From the NCBI GenBank assembly GCA_003649205.1, contig QMRC01000003.1, forward strand, positions 81,048 to 145,047: a stretch of 64,000 nucleotides of DNA. The letters run 5' to 3'. Shown here one piece after another: positions 1 to 9,007 of this stretch (within the stretch, counting starts at the first letter, position 1; each line of letters starts with the position of its first letter). Under the pieces are notes generated by a model, which was not told where the DNA came from, made no database searches, and worked only from the letters and a program-made list of their open reading frames with translations. The stretch comes from Thermoprotei archaeon. Lineage in GTDB: Archaea; Thermoproteota; Thermoprotei; Thermoproteales; B15-G16. The position numbers and the translations under genes were made by a program.

Positions 1-1
1 T

Positions 2-352
2 TGCGAAGGGGTATAGGTTTGGGAATAGGTACTGTGATTTCTCGATTAACCTACCTTCCTCCAGTATATGTGGTGGGTACTTTGGTGTTGATCTCTCTAC
101 TGTGCAGAAGGGGCATTTCTCGTCGTAGTCTTTTCTTTTCCAGCTCTCTACTTCAGGTGGTGTTAGTGGTACTTGTCTTGGTCTCATTGCACGCTCTACA
201 CTGATCCTCACCCAGAGATCTGTAAAGGGATCTTGTCTGTACTCGATAATTGATTTCTTGATCTTGAAGTCAGGTGGTGCCTCTAGCTCTACCTCGGTGA
301 TTAACTTCTTGAATACGATACCTCTGATACCCTCTGTTATGACCTCTCTCAT
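2..352 (-). CDS. Galactose-1-phosphate uridylyltransferase-like (HIT superfamily) protein, N-terminal 117 codons; gene continues past the left edge
   Basis: ATG at 352-350 on the minus strand, open to position 2. It is absent from the ORF track because it has no stop in the window. Translation MREVITEG...EYRQDPFTDLWVRISVERAMRP...EKCPFCTVE...YLFPNLYPFA resembles the GalT N-terminus (DPLTG-W-V, R-x-x-RP, CPFC, F-x-N-x-FPA). Confidence 0.5.
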   Translation of the reverse strand, partial: MREVITEGIRGIVFKKLITEVELEAPPDFKIKKSIIEYRQDPFTDLWVRISVERAMRPRQVPLTPPEVESWKRKDYDEKCPFCTVERSTPKYPPHILEEGRLIEKSQYLFPNLYPFA

Positions 353-400
353 GAGTATCGCCTAGAGAGAACGAGGAGGTTAGCAGGTAAAAGCTTTGTC

Positions 401-895
401 TTAGAGAGCTTGCTTAGGTGATAGCCTCTTCTTAAGGTGCTTAGCGATCTTCCTCACTGGTATGAACCTATCTGGCACCTCCTCCATGTACTTAATGTAC
501 ACAGTACCGAACTTCTCGATCATTAATCTCTCTTCTCTAACTGCGAGGTAGTAGTGATGTAGTGTAAGTACGGTAGCTATTGCTAATCCGGGTACACTAC
601 CAAATGCTATGGCTAGTCCGTAGAATGCTAACGATAGACCTAGGTATCCTGGATGTCGAATCCAGGAGTAGATTCCATGTGTAGCTACGTAGTCTATTTC
701 CTCAATACCTCTATGTGCTCTTGGGTGTGCTCTATGACTTAGGTAGTGGATGTACATACCTAATCCAAAGATGATATAACCTACGAGTAGTAGTACGTAA
801 CTGCTGTAGTTGAGATCTAGTACGTATCCAGTAGCAATGCCTAGGATTAGTGCAAGCCACACGCAGATGTACTTCAGTGCTTGAGGGGGCTTCAT
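401..895 (-). CDS. ICMT/PEMT-family membrane methyltransferase
   Basis: Polytopic 164 aa protein with WIRHPGYLG and REERLMIEKFGTVYIKYMEEV, which fit the RHPxYxG and EE..L...FG..Y..Y motifs of isoprenylcysteine carboxyl / phospholipid methyltransferases. Confidence 0.7.
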   Translation of the reverse strand: MKPPQALKYICVWLALILGIATGYVLDLNYSSYVLLLVGYIIFGLGMYIHYLSHRAHPRAHRGIEEIDYVATHGIYSWIRHPGYLGLSLAFYGLAIAFGSVPGLAIATVLTLHHYYLAVREERLMIEKFGTVYIKYMEEVPDRFIPVRKIAKHLKKRLSPKQAL

Positions 896-1017
896 GGTGA
901 TTCCCTAGTAGGAAAGTAGTCAGATTTAGATAAAGCTTTGTGTACTACGTTATGTGGTAATTCATCTGTTATGAGTTGATTGGGTGATTTACTCCCAATA
1001 ATGGGGGTAGATGTGTT

Positions 1018-1524
1018 TTGAGGAATTTGGCGCAGGTACCTGAGCCGTATCGGAGTATACTCTTGAAGTTGGTTGAGGTTCTTGAGAGGAGGTTTGGTGA
1101 TGACTTGGTATCTGTTGTGCTTTTTGGTTCTGTAGCTAGGGGTGAGGCAAGACCTGATAGTGATGTAGATTTGATTATTGTGGTTAGGAATCTCCCTAGG
1201 GGTAGGTTTAGGAGACAGGACTTGTTCATGGAAGTTGAGAAGGAGTTAGAGCCTTTGCTTGAGGAGTTGGAGAGGCGAGGTTACTACATTGAGTTCTCTC
1301 CAATACTGAAGACACCGGAGGAAGCGAGTAGGGTTGTACCTCTGTACCTAGATCTTGTTGAGGATGCTGTGTTGCTGTATGATAGGGATGACTTCTTCAG
1401 GAATATCCTCGAGAATTTGAGGAGGAGATTGGAGGAGCTCGGTGCTGAGAGAGTGAGATTTGGTAAGTTATGGTACTGGAGGTTGAAGCGTGATTATAGG
1501 TTTGGTGAGGTGATTGAGATCTGA
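1018..1524 (+). CDS. Minimal nucleotidyltransferase (MNT) domain protein, antitoxin-type partner of HEPN
   Basis: LFGSVARGEARPDSDVDLIIV matches the GS-x-aRG-x(n)-D-x-D polymerase-beta-like NTase motif. It lies 11 nt upstream of a HEPN ORF. Confidence 0.75.
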   Translation: MRNLAQVPEPYRSILLKLVEVLERRFGDDLVSVVLFGSVARGEARPDSDVDLIIVVRNLPRGRFRRQDLFMEVEKELEPLLEELERRGYYIEFSPILKTPEEASRVVPLYLDLVEDAVLLYDRDDFFRNILENLRRRLEELGAERVRFGKLWYWRLKRDYRFGEVIEI

Positions 1525-1535
1525 GGAATACAGAG

Positions 1536-1955
1536 ATGGCACTATCCTACGTGAGACAAGCTGAGGAGAGGATTCACCATGCTAGAGAAGCTCTTGAAAG
1601 AGGGAACTACCCCTATGTAGTGAGGCAATGTCAAGAGGCTGTCGAGCTGTTGCTCAAAGCAGCACTAAGATTAGTTGGTGTAGAGCCTCCTCGTTGGCAC
1701 GATGTTGGACCAATACTGAGGAGAGAAGCCGATAGATTCCCTGAATGGTTTCGTCGTGATATACCAACTATGGCCAGATACTCAAGGAGATTACGTAGAG
1801 AGAAGGAACCAAGTATGTACGGTGATGAAGAGTCCGGACTTCCACCAGAAGCTCTGTATGATCGTGAGGACGCAGAAGAGGCATTGTACATGGCTCACTA
1901 CGTCTATGAGAGGGTTAAGAAGCTAGTGGACCTATACCCGCAGGTCAAGCCATGA
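1536..1955 (+). CDS. HEPN domain protein (MNT-HEPN pair)
   Basis: 139 aa helical protein directly downstream of the MNT gene. Start region AEERIHHAREALERGNYPYVVRQCQEAVELLLKA is typical of HEPN helix 1-2. Confidence 0.6.
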   Translation: MALSYVRQAEERIHHAREALERGNYPYVVRQCQEAVELLLKAALRLVGVEPPRWHDVGPILRREADRFPEWFRRDIPTMARYSRRLRREKEPSMYGDEESGLPPEALYDREDAEEALYMAHYVYERVKKLVDLYPQVKP

Positions 1956-2177
1956 CACATGAGTACTCAGTAGTGATTTAGTGTCTTTCTCAGATGAAGA
2001 AGTAACTCATTCACTATATGTGACTTAAGCAAGGACGCACAGTACCAAGCTCAAGTAAGGTACTTAATAGTGCCTCTGGAACCATGTCCCCAGCTATGGT
2101 ACTACCATTACCGTAGTGCACTCATACTGAAAGTATTAAAAAATATTGAAGTTAGTATTAACACAGCTTGAATTTGG

Positions 2178-4238
2178 GTGAGTCTAATGAGGTCGCAAGT
2201 AGGTATCAGTAAGTGGGTTCTGGTTACAATCCTAGTGGTAGTAATTGTAGCAATTGTAGCAGCTGTAATCACTACATATCTCTACTATAGCGCTAGACCA
2301 TCTAAACCTACAGCACCTCCACCACCCACTAAACCTACCAAACCTACTAAACCAGCTATTGTGATTAAGGACTTTAGAGGGAAGACTATTGAGTTAGCTA
2401 AACCTGCTGAGAGGGTTGTAGTTCTTCAGTCATACTGGGCTGAGGTAATTGTAGCTCTCGGTAAGGCTAATACTATTGTTGGTGTTGGTAGCTACGTACC
2501 TTACGATGAGTACCTACCCCCTGAAGTCAGGGACCTACCTAAGGTTGGAAGCATATTTAGAGGTGTCAATGTTGAGGCTATAGCTTCTCTGAAGCCAGAT
2601 GTCGTAATTATGGACTTCGGCTATGGTAAGGCTGATGAGATTATTAAGAAACTTGAGCAAATGGGGATACCTGTCATTGGTCTCTTCATTAGAGGTATCG
2701 AAGATGAGATAAAGGCAATTGAGATCTTGGGTAAGGTACTTGGTGCTGAGGAGAAGGCTAAGAAGCTTATTGAGTTCATCAAGACTAGGTACGGTAAGTT
2801 GAAGGAGCTTGGTGCAAAGGTACCTGAGAGTAAGAGACTTAAAGTTGTTTTCATCAGTGGTTCGAGTGTTCTCAAGGGTGGTGCTCTTTCGCTCTATGCA
2901 AATGCTTCGTGGGGTAGAGCTGTAGAGGATATAGGTGCTGTCAATGTGGCATTACATGAGTTCCCAAATAAGAAGTGGCCTAAGGTTGATTTCGAGACTT
3001 TAGTGAAGTGGGATCCAGATGTAGTATTCATTACCTCATCTGTGAAGTACGTACAGAAGGTACTGGATAAGGTTGCTAGTGATACTAGGTGGCATGTTCT
3101 CAAGGCTTACAAGAGTGGTAGAATCTACGTAGTTCCTTGCTGGGGTAGCATTGGTGGAGTTCTTGATTGGGGTCCGAGAGACATCATTGGTAGAGAGTAC
3201 ATTGCGAAGCTCCTGTACCCGGACGTGTATAGGGAAGTCGACTGGAGGGGTGATATGGAGTATCTGCTCGAGCACTTCTACGGTATTGATATACCTAAGC
3301 AGGCATTTGCTGCGTACAGTATTGAGTGGAAGGAAATTGTCGATCCATTGGGTAATGTGGTTAAGGTACCGAGAAAGGTGAAGAAAGTAGTTGACTTGAT
3401 ATCGTACCTCTCTGACCTAGCTCTAGGTGTTATGGATAGACTCGTTGGTGTGTCGAAGTATGCTAAGAAGAATCCTGTACTGCTGAAGGTGTATCCCAAG
3501 ATCAAGGACATACCTAGTCCAGGCTCCTCGTTTAAGGTGAACATAGAGGTGCTTGAGATGTTGAGACCTGACGTCGTCATAATTTGGCCATATAAGCCAA
3601 GTGTTGTTGAGCAGATTGAGAAGCTCGGTATTCCAGTTGTGAAAGTTCATCTCTATAGTTACGATGATGTCAGGAGGTTGCTATGGTGTTTAGGTGTGCT
3701 GTATGGTGTGGTCGATAGGGTCAAGAAGATCATTAACGATATGGATAACCTACTGATGTTAGTTCGAGAGAGGATAAAGGACATACCATCTGAGAAGAGA
3801 GTACGTGTGCTGTATCTATGGAGTAAGCCTACTAGAGTTCAAGGTGGTAGAGGTACCATGAATGATGCTATTGTTCTCGCTGGTGGTGTAAATGTTGCAG
3901 CAAAGGAGTTTCCAGACAAGAGCTATGTAACTGTTGACTTTGAGCGTATTGTTAAGTGGAATCCAGATATGATAGTGATTTGGTGGTGGGCTAAGTACGG
4001 TCCTGAGGATCTCCTCAAGGATCCTAAGTGGAGTGTCGTTAAGGCGGTTAAAGAGGGTAGAGTGTACAAGGAGCCTTACTACGAGCATTGGGGCCCAGAT
4101 TTAACCTTATTCGTGCTGTGGTTAGCGTGTAAGATGTACCCAGATAGGTTTAGTGACATAAACTTCATGGAGATAGCTAATAAATACTACATGGAGTGGT
4201 ATGGTATACTGTATTCTGAGGTTGCTAGCGCTGGTTAG
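2178..4238 (+). CDS. Membrane-anchored ABC substrate-binding protein with two tandem FhuD/BtuF-type (cluster A) domains
   Basis: N-terminal TM helix, then a PTKPTKPTKP linker. Two internally similar halves follow: ...LKPDVVIMDFGYGK...GIPVIGLF...VKWDPDVVFITSS...GRIYVVP, and ...LRPDVVIIWPYKP...GIPVVKVHL...VKWNPDMIVIWWW...GRVYKEP. FecCD permease and ATPase genes lie downstream. Confidence 0.8.
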   Translation: MSLMRSQVGISKWVLVTILVVVIVAIVAAVITTYLYYSARPSKPTAPPPPTKPTKPTKPAIVIKDFRGKTIELAKPAERVVVLQSYWAEVIVALGKANTIVGVGSYVPYDEYLPPEVRDLPKVGSIFRGVNVEAIASLKPDVVIMDFGYGKADEIIKKLEQMGIPVIGLFIRGIEDEIKAIEILGKVLGAEEKAKKLIEFIKTRYGKLKELGAKVPESKRLKVVFISGSSVLKGGALSLYANASWGRAVEDIGAVNVALHEFPNKKWPKVDFETLVKWDPDVVFITSSVKYVQKVLDKVASDTRWHVLKAYKSGRIYVVPCWGSIGGVLDWGPRDIIGREYIAKLLYPDVYREVDWRGDMEYLLEHFYGIDIPKQAFAAYSIEWKEIVDPLGNVVKVPRKVKKVVDLISYLSDLALGVMDRLVGVSKYAKKNPVLLKVYPKIKDIPSPGSSFKVNIEVLEMLRPDVVIIWPYKPSVVEQIEKLGIPVVKVHLYSYDDVRRLLWCLGVLYGVVDRVKKIINDMDNLLMLVRERIKDIPSEKRVRVLYLWSKPTRVQGGRGTMNDAIVLAGGVNVAAKEFPDKSYVTVDFERIVKWNPDMIVIWWWAKYGPEDLLKDPKWSVVKAVKEGRVYKEPYYEHWGPDLTLFVLWLACKMYPDRFSDINFMEIANKYYMEWYGILYSEVASAG

Positions 4239-4245
4239 TGGGTGA

Positions 4246-5262
4246 GTGTCCTTGAGGAAGCTAGTACCAAAGCTATTTGTTTCTTTTTCTCTACCGCTAG
4301 CAATCTTGATCTCTCTCCTACTGGGTCACTATAGGACCGACCCTAAGACCGTACTTGAGGTGGTGTTGTCAGCTGTATTCCCTCACCTTATTCATAGTCC
4401 ACCTGAGACAGTTCGAGTGATTGTACTGCTCTATAGAGCACCTAGAGCTATTGCAGCAGCTATTACAGGAGCTGTCCTAGCTGTTTCTGGTGCCGCTCTG
4501 CAATCAATGCTTCGTAACCCCTTAGTTGATACCTACATTCTGGGCATAGCTTCAGGTGCTGGGTTCGGTGCTGCATTAGCTATAGCGTTCTTACCGCCAA
4601 CAGTACCGGTAGAGTTGGTTGCTTTTTGTTTCTCACTCATCGCATTCATGCTGGCATTTGTCCTAGCTTGGAGTTGGGGGAGAGGTGGGGTAATAGCTCT
4701 TGTCCTCTCTGGTGTCATAGTTAATGCATTTTTCTCAGCAGCTCTAGCACTTGTTAAGTACTTAGCTCCAGATCCTCATAGATTGGCCTCAATAGTCTTC
4801 TGGTTGATGGGTGATATTGGTCAAGCAGCGTTTTGGTACAAGATTATGCGTATGTTAGCTATATCACTACCCTGTATACTCGTTATCTGGTTTATGAGGT
4901 GGAGACTTAATGTACTATCTCTTGGAGATGAAGAGGCTAGAGCACTTGGTGTGAATCCAACTGTGGAACGAGGTTTGTTGACTGCTATCTGTGCTCTCAT
5001 GACTTCAGCTACTGTAGCCTACACCGGAATCATCGGGTGGGTTGGGCTACTAGTGCCCCACATAGTTAGGCTCATGTTGGGTACGGACAATAGGGTGGTG
5101 GTGACATACAGTATTGTGTTTGGTGCTACGTACATGGTACTAGCTGATGACTTAGCTAGGTGTCTCACGAGTGAGGAGCTACCGATTGGTGTTCTCACGA
5201 CGATCATGGGTGCACCACTCTACATATACTTACTTAGGAGAGCAAGTGGTGTGTGGAGATGA
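4246..5262 (+). CDS. FecCD/BtuC-family ABC permease (iron-chelate/corrinoid type)
   Basis: 338 aa polytopic protein. RAIAAAITGAVLAVSGAALQSMLRNPLVDTYILGIASGAG and the C-terminal PIGVLTTIMGAPLYIYLL are typical FecCD signatures. Confidence 0.85.
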   Translation: MSLRKLVPKLFVSFSLPLAILISLLLGHYRTDPKTVLEVVLSAVFPHLIHSPPETVRVIVLLYRAPRAIAAAITGAVLAVSGAALQSMLRNPLVDTYILGIASGAGFGAALAIAFLPPTVPVELVAFCFSLIAFMLAFVLAWSWGRGGVIALVLSGVIVNAFFSAALALVKYLAPDPHRLASIVFWLMGDIGQAAFWYKIMRMLAISLPCILVIWFMRWRLNVLSLGDEEARALGVNPTVERGLLTAICALMTSATVAYTGIIGWVGLLVPHIVRLMLGTDNRVVVTYSIVFGATYMVLADDLARCLTSEELPIGVLTTIMGAPLYIYLLRRASGVWR

Positions 5263-6050
5263 GGTGTGTACTTCGGGTAGAGGGACTTAGCTACACGTAC
5301 TCTCGTGATCTAGTTGCTCTACGTGATGTGGAGTTTGAGGTGTATAGTGGAGAGGTAGTGACAGTACTGGGCCCAAATGGTGCTGGGAAGACTACGCTTC
5401 TCAAGTGCATACTTAGACTTCTCGAACCGAGAGGTGTAGTGTACATTAATGGTAAGCGTAGATGGGATGAACTTAGTTCTAGAGAGCTCGCTAAGTATTT
5501 CGGCTATGTACCTCAGACACATCACAGCATATTTGCGTACAGGGTACTTGACTTTATATTAATGGGTAGAGCACCTCACCACACGATGTTCTCACTACCT
5601 TCTCGAAGGGATTACGAGAAAGTTCACGAGGTAGCTAAGTTACTTGGTATCGAGGATCTTCTCGAGAGGTCTATTACTGAGTTGAGCGGTGGTCAGATGC
5701 AGTTGGTACTGATTGCAAGAGCGCTTGTACAGGAAGCAAAGGTATTACTCCTCGATGAACCAACGGCACACCTAGATATTGTCAATAGTGTACGTGTGCT
5801 TTCAGTTGTTAGGAAGTTGGTGAAGTCGGGTAGAGTAGATGCAGCTATCATGGCAATGCACGATCCTGTTTTAGCAGCTAGTTTCAGTGATAAGGTGCTG
5901 CTAATGAGTAGGGGGCGTGTTGTGGCTTGCGGTAGTCCACGTGATGTATTGAGACCTGAGGTACTTAGGGAGGTCTATGGTGTTGACTTCGTTAGGTTTG
6001 AGCACTGTGGTTTTGTGGTAGTTGTTCCAAGAGCTAGTACTGAGGTTTAG
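5253..6050 (+). CDS. ABC transporter ATP-binding protein (FecE/BtuD type)
   Basis: Walker A GPNGAGKTT, signature LSGGQMQ, Walker B LLLDEPTAHLD. Its start overlaps the permease stop. Confidence 0.85.
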   Translation: MEMRCVLRVEGLSYTYSRDLVALRDVEFEVYSGEVVTVLGPNGAGKTTLLKCILRLLEPRGVVYINGKRRWDELSSRELAKYFGYVPQTHHSIFAYRVLDFILMGRAPHHTMFSLPSRRDYEKVHEVAKLLGIEDLLERSITELSGGQMQLVLIARALVQEAKVLLLDEPTAHLDIVNSVRVLSVVRKLVKSGRVDAAIMAMHDPVLAASFSDKVLLMSRGRVVACGSPRDVLRPEVLREVYGVDFVRFEHCGFVVVVPRASTEV

Positions 6051-6423
6051 TGACTTGGACTTAGCATCACTAGTCCTGTCTTACCTCAGGTATGTAGCCA
6101 TCTCCATCACACTGATGTTCCTTGGCGTTCTCGTTCTGGGTATGGTCTACGAGCTAGGTATTTCGAGAATTCTGTGTAAACCCTTCAGGTCGCTTATGTT
6201 ACTAGCGAGGTTACCACCAGACTTAGCAGTTCTCATACCTGCCGCCGTAGTGGATGTTAAGGTTGAGCAAGCATACCTCTCTGAGTTAAGGACTGGAGGC
6301 GTCGTAGGGGATGATGTTGTGATTGCGTATGTACTGCCTAGGAGACCCTTTACGCTGATCACCCACCTCATAGGTACTACATACCTGTTGTGTTGGTTGC
6401 TCTCGGAGTTTCTCTGGGACTGA
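6022..6423 (+). CDS. Hypothetical membrane protein (possibly the 5' half of a disrupted or two-part gene)
   Basis: Hydrophobic 133 aa ORF overlapping the ATPase stop and the next ORF in a different frame. No recognised motif. Confidence 0.3.
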   Translation: MFQELVLRFSDLDLASLVLSYLRYVAISITLMFLGVLVLGMVYELGISRILCKPFRSLMLLARLPPDLAVLIPAAVVDVKVEQAYLSELRTGGVVGDDVVIAYVLPRRPFTLITHLIGTTYLLCWLLSEFLWD

Positions 6424-7007
6424 GGTACCTATTGCTAGCACTTGTTCCGCAGATCATAAGTTTGCTAGTCGCTATTGTGTACGGTAGATCTAAAGTACAT
6501 GGAATTTACACGGAGCCTAGTCGTACTATTGAGGTTAGTGCTTCCTATAGTTTACGCGAGGTACTTCGTAGGTCTCTGCACTTAGCAATTCATGCTCTCT
6601 CGAGAATTGTTCCTCGTTACATAGTTGCTACTGCGTTAGTAGTAATCTTCACGGTACTGAATGTAACTACTTACCTCAGTAATGTAGTAACTCCATTGCC
6701 TCACACATTAGGTTTTTCGTACCATTTCGTTATTGTTGTGTGTACAGGTATTATTAGTCCGGTTACTGCTGTATTCCTAGTAGGTGAATTTGTTAGATCT
6801 AGTTTCCTCAGTTGTAGAGAAGCGCTTCTCGTACTGGTGCTGACTAGGTTTCTCTTCATTGTGTTATCTGATTATCCTCGACACGTAGTTCCACTATATC
6901 TCTCACTCTATCCTCCTAAGCTAGTTGTGAAATTGGTCGCTATTTCGCTCTCGATATCAATCACCTCGTTGCCTCTGCAGCTATTCCTCGTTTACTTGCT
7001 GACGTAG
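6390..7007 (+). CDS. Hypothetical polytopic membrane protein
   Basis: 205 aa with several predicted TM segments and a GTG start. It overlaps the preceding ORF by 34 nt in another frame. Confidence 0.35.
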   Translation: MLVALGVSLGLRYLLLALVPQIISLLVAIVYGRSKVHGIYTEPSRTIEVSASYSLREVLRRSLHLAIHALSRIVPRYIVATALVVIFTVLNVTTYLSNVVTPLPHTLGFSYHFVIVVCTGIISPVTAVFLVGEFVRSSFLSCREALLVLVLTRFLFIVLSDYPRHVVPLYLSLYPPKLVVKLVAISLSISITSLPLQLFLVYLLT

Positions 7008-9007
7008 ATTACTCTGTACTCTCCATTAGTCATCTCAGCTAACTTCTCAATAACACTCATTCCAATATTGAGTGAGTACTCTCCTCGAACTTCGAATATA
7101 GTGAGCTTACACTGGAGTTTCTCAAGTAATGTGGCTATAGTGCGAATATCTTGATCTAAGTCGCCGGTCAGCAGTACATTTACCTTACCATCACTTACTA
7201 AGTATATGTGGACTCGAGAGAGCGGATACCTCAGTCTATAGAGCTTAGCTACGTTGTAAGCCTCCAGTAATCCGTGGAAGAGAGGAGTTGATCCCCCTAC
7301 CTCAATTTCCCTGAGGAGTTCGAGAGCCTTTGCATAGCATCTCGTAGGTGGTAGAATACACGATGCACTTCTTCCTCTGAACACTACAATGGCTATGCTA
7401 GATCTTGTAACGTAGCTCCTAGTCGCTAGCTTCTCAACTAGCTCCCTAGCTAGTTGAATTCTGTTTAGTGCTAACATGCTACCACTAGCATCCAGCACCA
7501 CTATATTGAGTACAGGTACCTTAACTCTCCTAACTCTTACCCTAATGTCTTGACTCGGGATCGGTAACTTAGTTGTGAGGCATCTTGAAACTGTAGCTCT
7601 AAGTGTAGCAACTAAGTCTATATCCCTGTACTCACTGTCGTGAACGGGTACTGTGTGGTAAATGACACGACCTCTACCGACTGCTACTAGAGTTACACTA
7701 CATTCTCTTGATGTACGTCCCTTCGTTGGTGTTGTTGGTGTTAAGTGTAATTCACGGATAGTTGATGACTTAGTTATTGTTGTGGGTAATGAGGTTAGTC
7801 CCTGTGATGTAGGTGTTAGGTCTCCTAGTTTAGCTATAATGCTATCTTTACCGCTGATGCCAGAGCCAATAGCTACATGTGTATCGCTAATATTTACCCT
7901 AGAACTGCTTCCTGCTGCGTGCTTATGAGAGTGCTCAGTACTTAATTCCTGTTTAGTACCGAGTACTTCATTGAGGACTTTCTCTAGAAGCTCACTTGCT
8001 TGTCTAGGGTTTTGAGGTGCAGTTGTCTTGATTCTATGTGGTAACGCTAGCTCCATAGCTTTCTTCACATCCTCTAGTTCGACACGTGTTCTACCATCTA
8101 GTGTAGCAATAGCTTTAGCTGTCTTAACTACAACTATGTCGGCTCTATGGGTTCTTACACGTAGCTTGACCATGGTCTCAGCAACGAGCTTCAGTAGGTC
8201 ATTGTCTATATGAACTTCCCTAATTAGTTCCCTAGCTCTAGCAACTGTTTCACGAATTTTCCTCTCCTCACTCTCAAACTTCTTAATAAAGGATAAGGGA
8301 TCTCTATGAAATTCCTCAACTCTCCTAACGATCTCAGCTCTTTCCTCAGGATTCATTGATGCAGAAACATCGACAAAGAGTCCAAATCTATCCAGGATCT
8401 GTGGCCTTAATTCACCCTCTTCAGGATTCATACTACCAACAAGTACGAAGCGTGCTGGGTGTCTAAACGAAATTCCTTCACGTTCAACTATGTTCCAACC
8501 CGTAGCTGCTGCATCTAGTAGGAGGTCAGCTATGTAGTCATCGAGTAGATTAACTTCGTCAATATATAGGATGTTTCTATTAGCCTCTGCTAGTATACCT
8601 GGTTTAAACACTACTTTACCTTCTCTCAGTGCACGCTCAACATCTATGGTGCCAACTAATCGATCGACAGTTACATTAAGTGGTAAGTCGATAACCCTCA
8701 TTGGTTTGTACTCAATCTCGAGCTTCTCACCACGAAGCCATGCTTGGTAATGCTCTTCACACATCTCATAAGGGTTAAGGGGATTGCAGTTAAATGGACA
8801 ACCCTTCACAACAGGTACTTCAGGTAGTATCTGTGCTAGTGATCTCACAAGTGTAGTCTTTCCAGTTCCTTTATCACCACACAGTAGTACACCACCAATT
8901 GTTGGATCAACAGCAACTGCTAGGAGTGCAAGTTTTGCCTTCTCTAAACCTACAATAGCTGAGAAGGGGAAGTAGATCCTTCTACTGCCCTGAGACAGAT
9001 ACATCAC
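6992..9007 (-). CDS. Chelatase ATPase subunit, fused ChlI-like AAA+ and ChlD-like vWA domains (CobS/CobT functional analogue)
   Basis: N-terminus GDKGTGKTTLVRSLAQIL (Walker A) and ILYIDEVNLLDD (Walker B) with MCM/ChlI-like spacing. A Ser/Thr-rich linker follows. The C-terminus has VLNIVVLDASGSM, a vWA MIDAS motif (DxSxS). It lies downstream of the CobN ORFs. Confidence 0.8.
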   Translation of the reverse strand: MMYLSQGSRRIYFPFSAIVGLEKAKLALLAVAVDPTIGGVLLCGDKGTGKTTLVRSLAQILPEVPVVKGCPFNCNPLNPYEMCEEHYQAWLRGEKLEIEYKPMRVIDLPLNVTVDRLVGTIDVERALREGKVVFKPGILAEANRNILYIDEVNLLDDYIADLLLDAAATGWNIVEREGISFRHPARFVLVGSMNPEEGELRPQILDRFGLFVDVSASMNPEERAEIVRRVEEFHRDPLSFIKKFESEERKIRETVARARELIREVHIDNDLLKLVAETMVKLRVRTHRADIVVVKTAKAIATLDGRTRVELEDVKKAMELALPHRIKTTAPQNPRQASELLEKVLNEVLGTKQELSTEHSHKHAAGSSSRVNISDTHVAIGSGISGKDSIIAKLGDLTPTSQGLTSLPTTITKSSTIRELHLTPTTPTKGRTSRECSVTLVAVGRGRVIYHTVPVHDSEYRDIDLVATLRATVSRCLTTKLPIPSQDIRVRVRRVKVPVLNIVVLDASGSMLALNRIQLARELVEKLATRSYVTRSSIAIVVFRGRSASCILPPTRCYAKALELLREIEVGGSTPLFHGLLEAYNVAKLYRLRYPLSRVHIYLVSDGKVNVLLTGDLDQDIRTIATLLEKLQCKLTIFEVRGEYSLNIGMSVIEKLAEMTNGEYRVIYVSK

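Noticed and set aside
1-204. Track ORF of 67 aa on the + strand at the left edge
   Set aside because: It is low-complexity and Leu/Val/Ser-rich. It lies antisense to a much better minus-strand reading frame (2-352) with GalT-like motifs, so it is treated as a shadow ORF.
1956-2177. Possible cobalamin riboswitch upstream of the BtuF/FhuD-like binding protein gene
   Set aside because: The spacer is AT-rich with only a TATA-like AAAGTATTAAAAAATATT element. I could find no GC-rich multi-helix structure or B12-box-like string.
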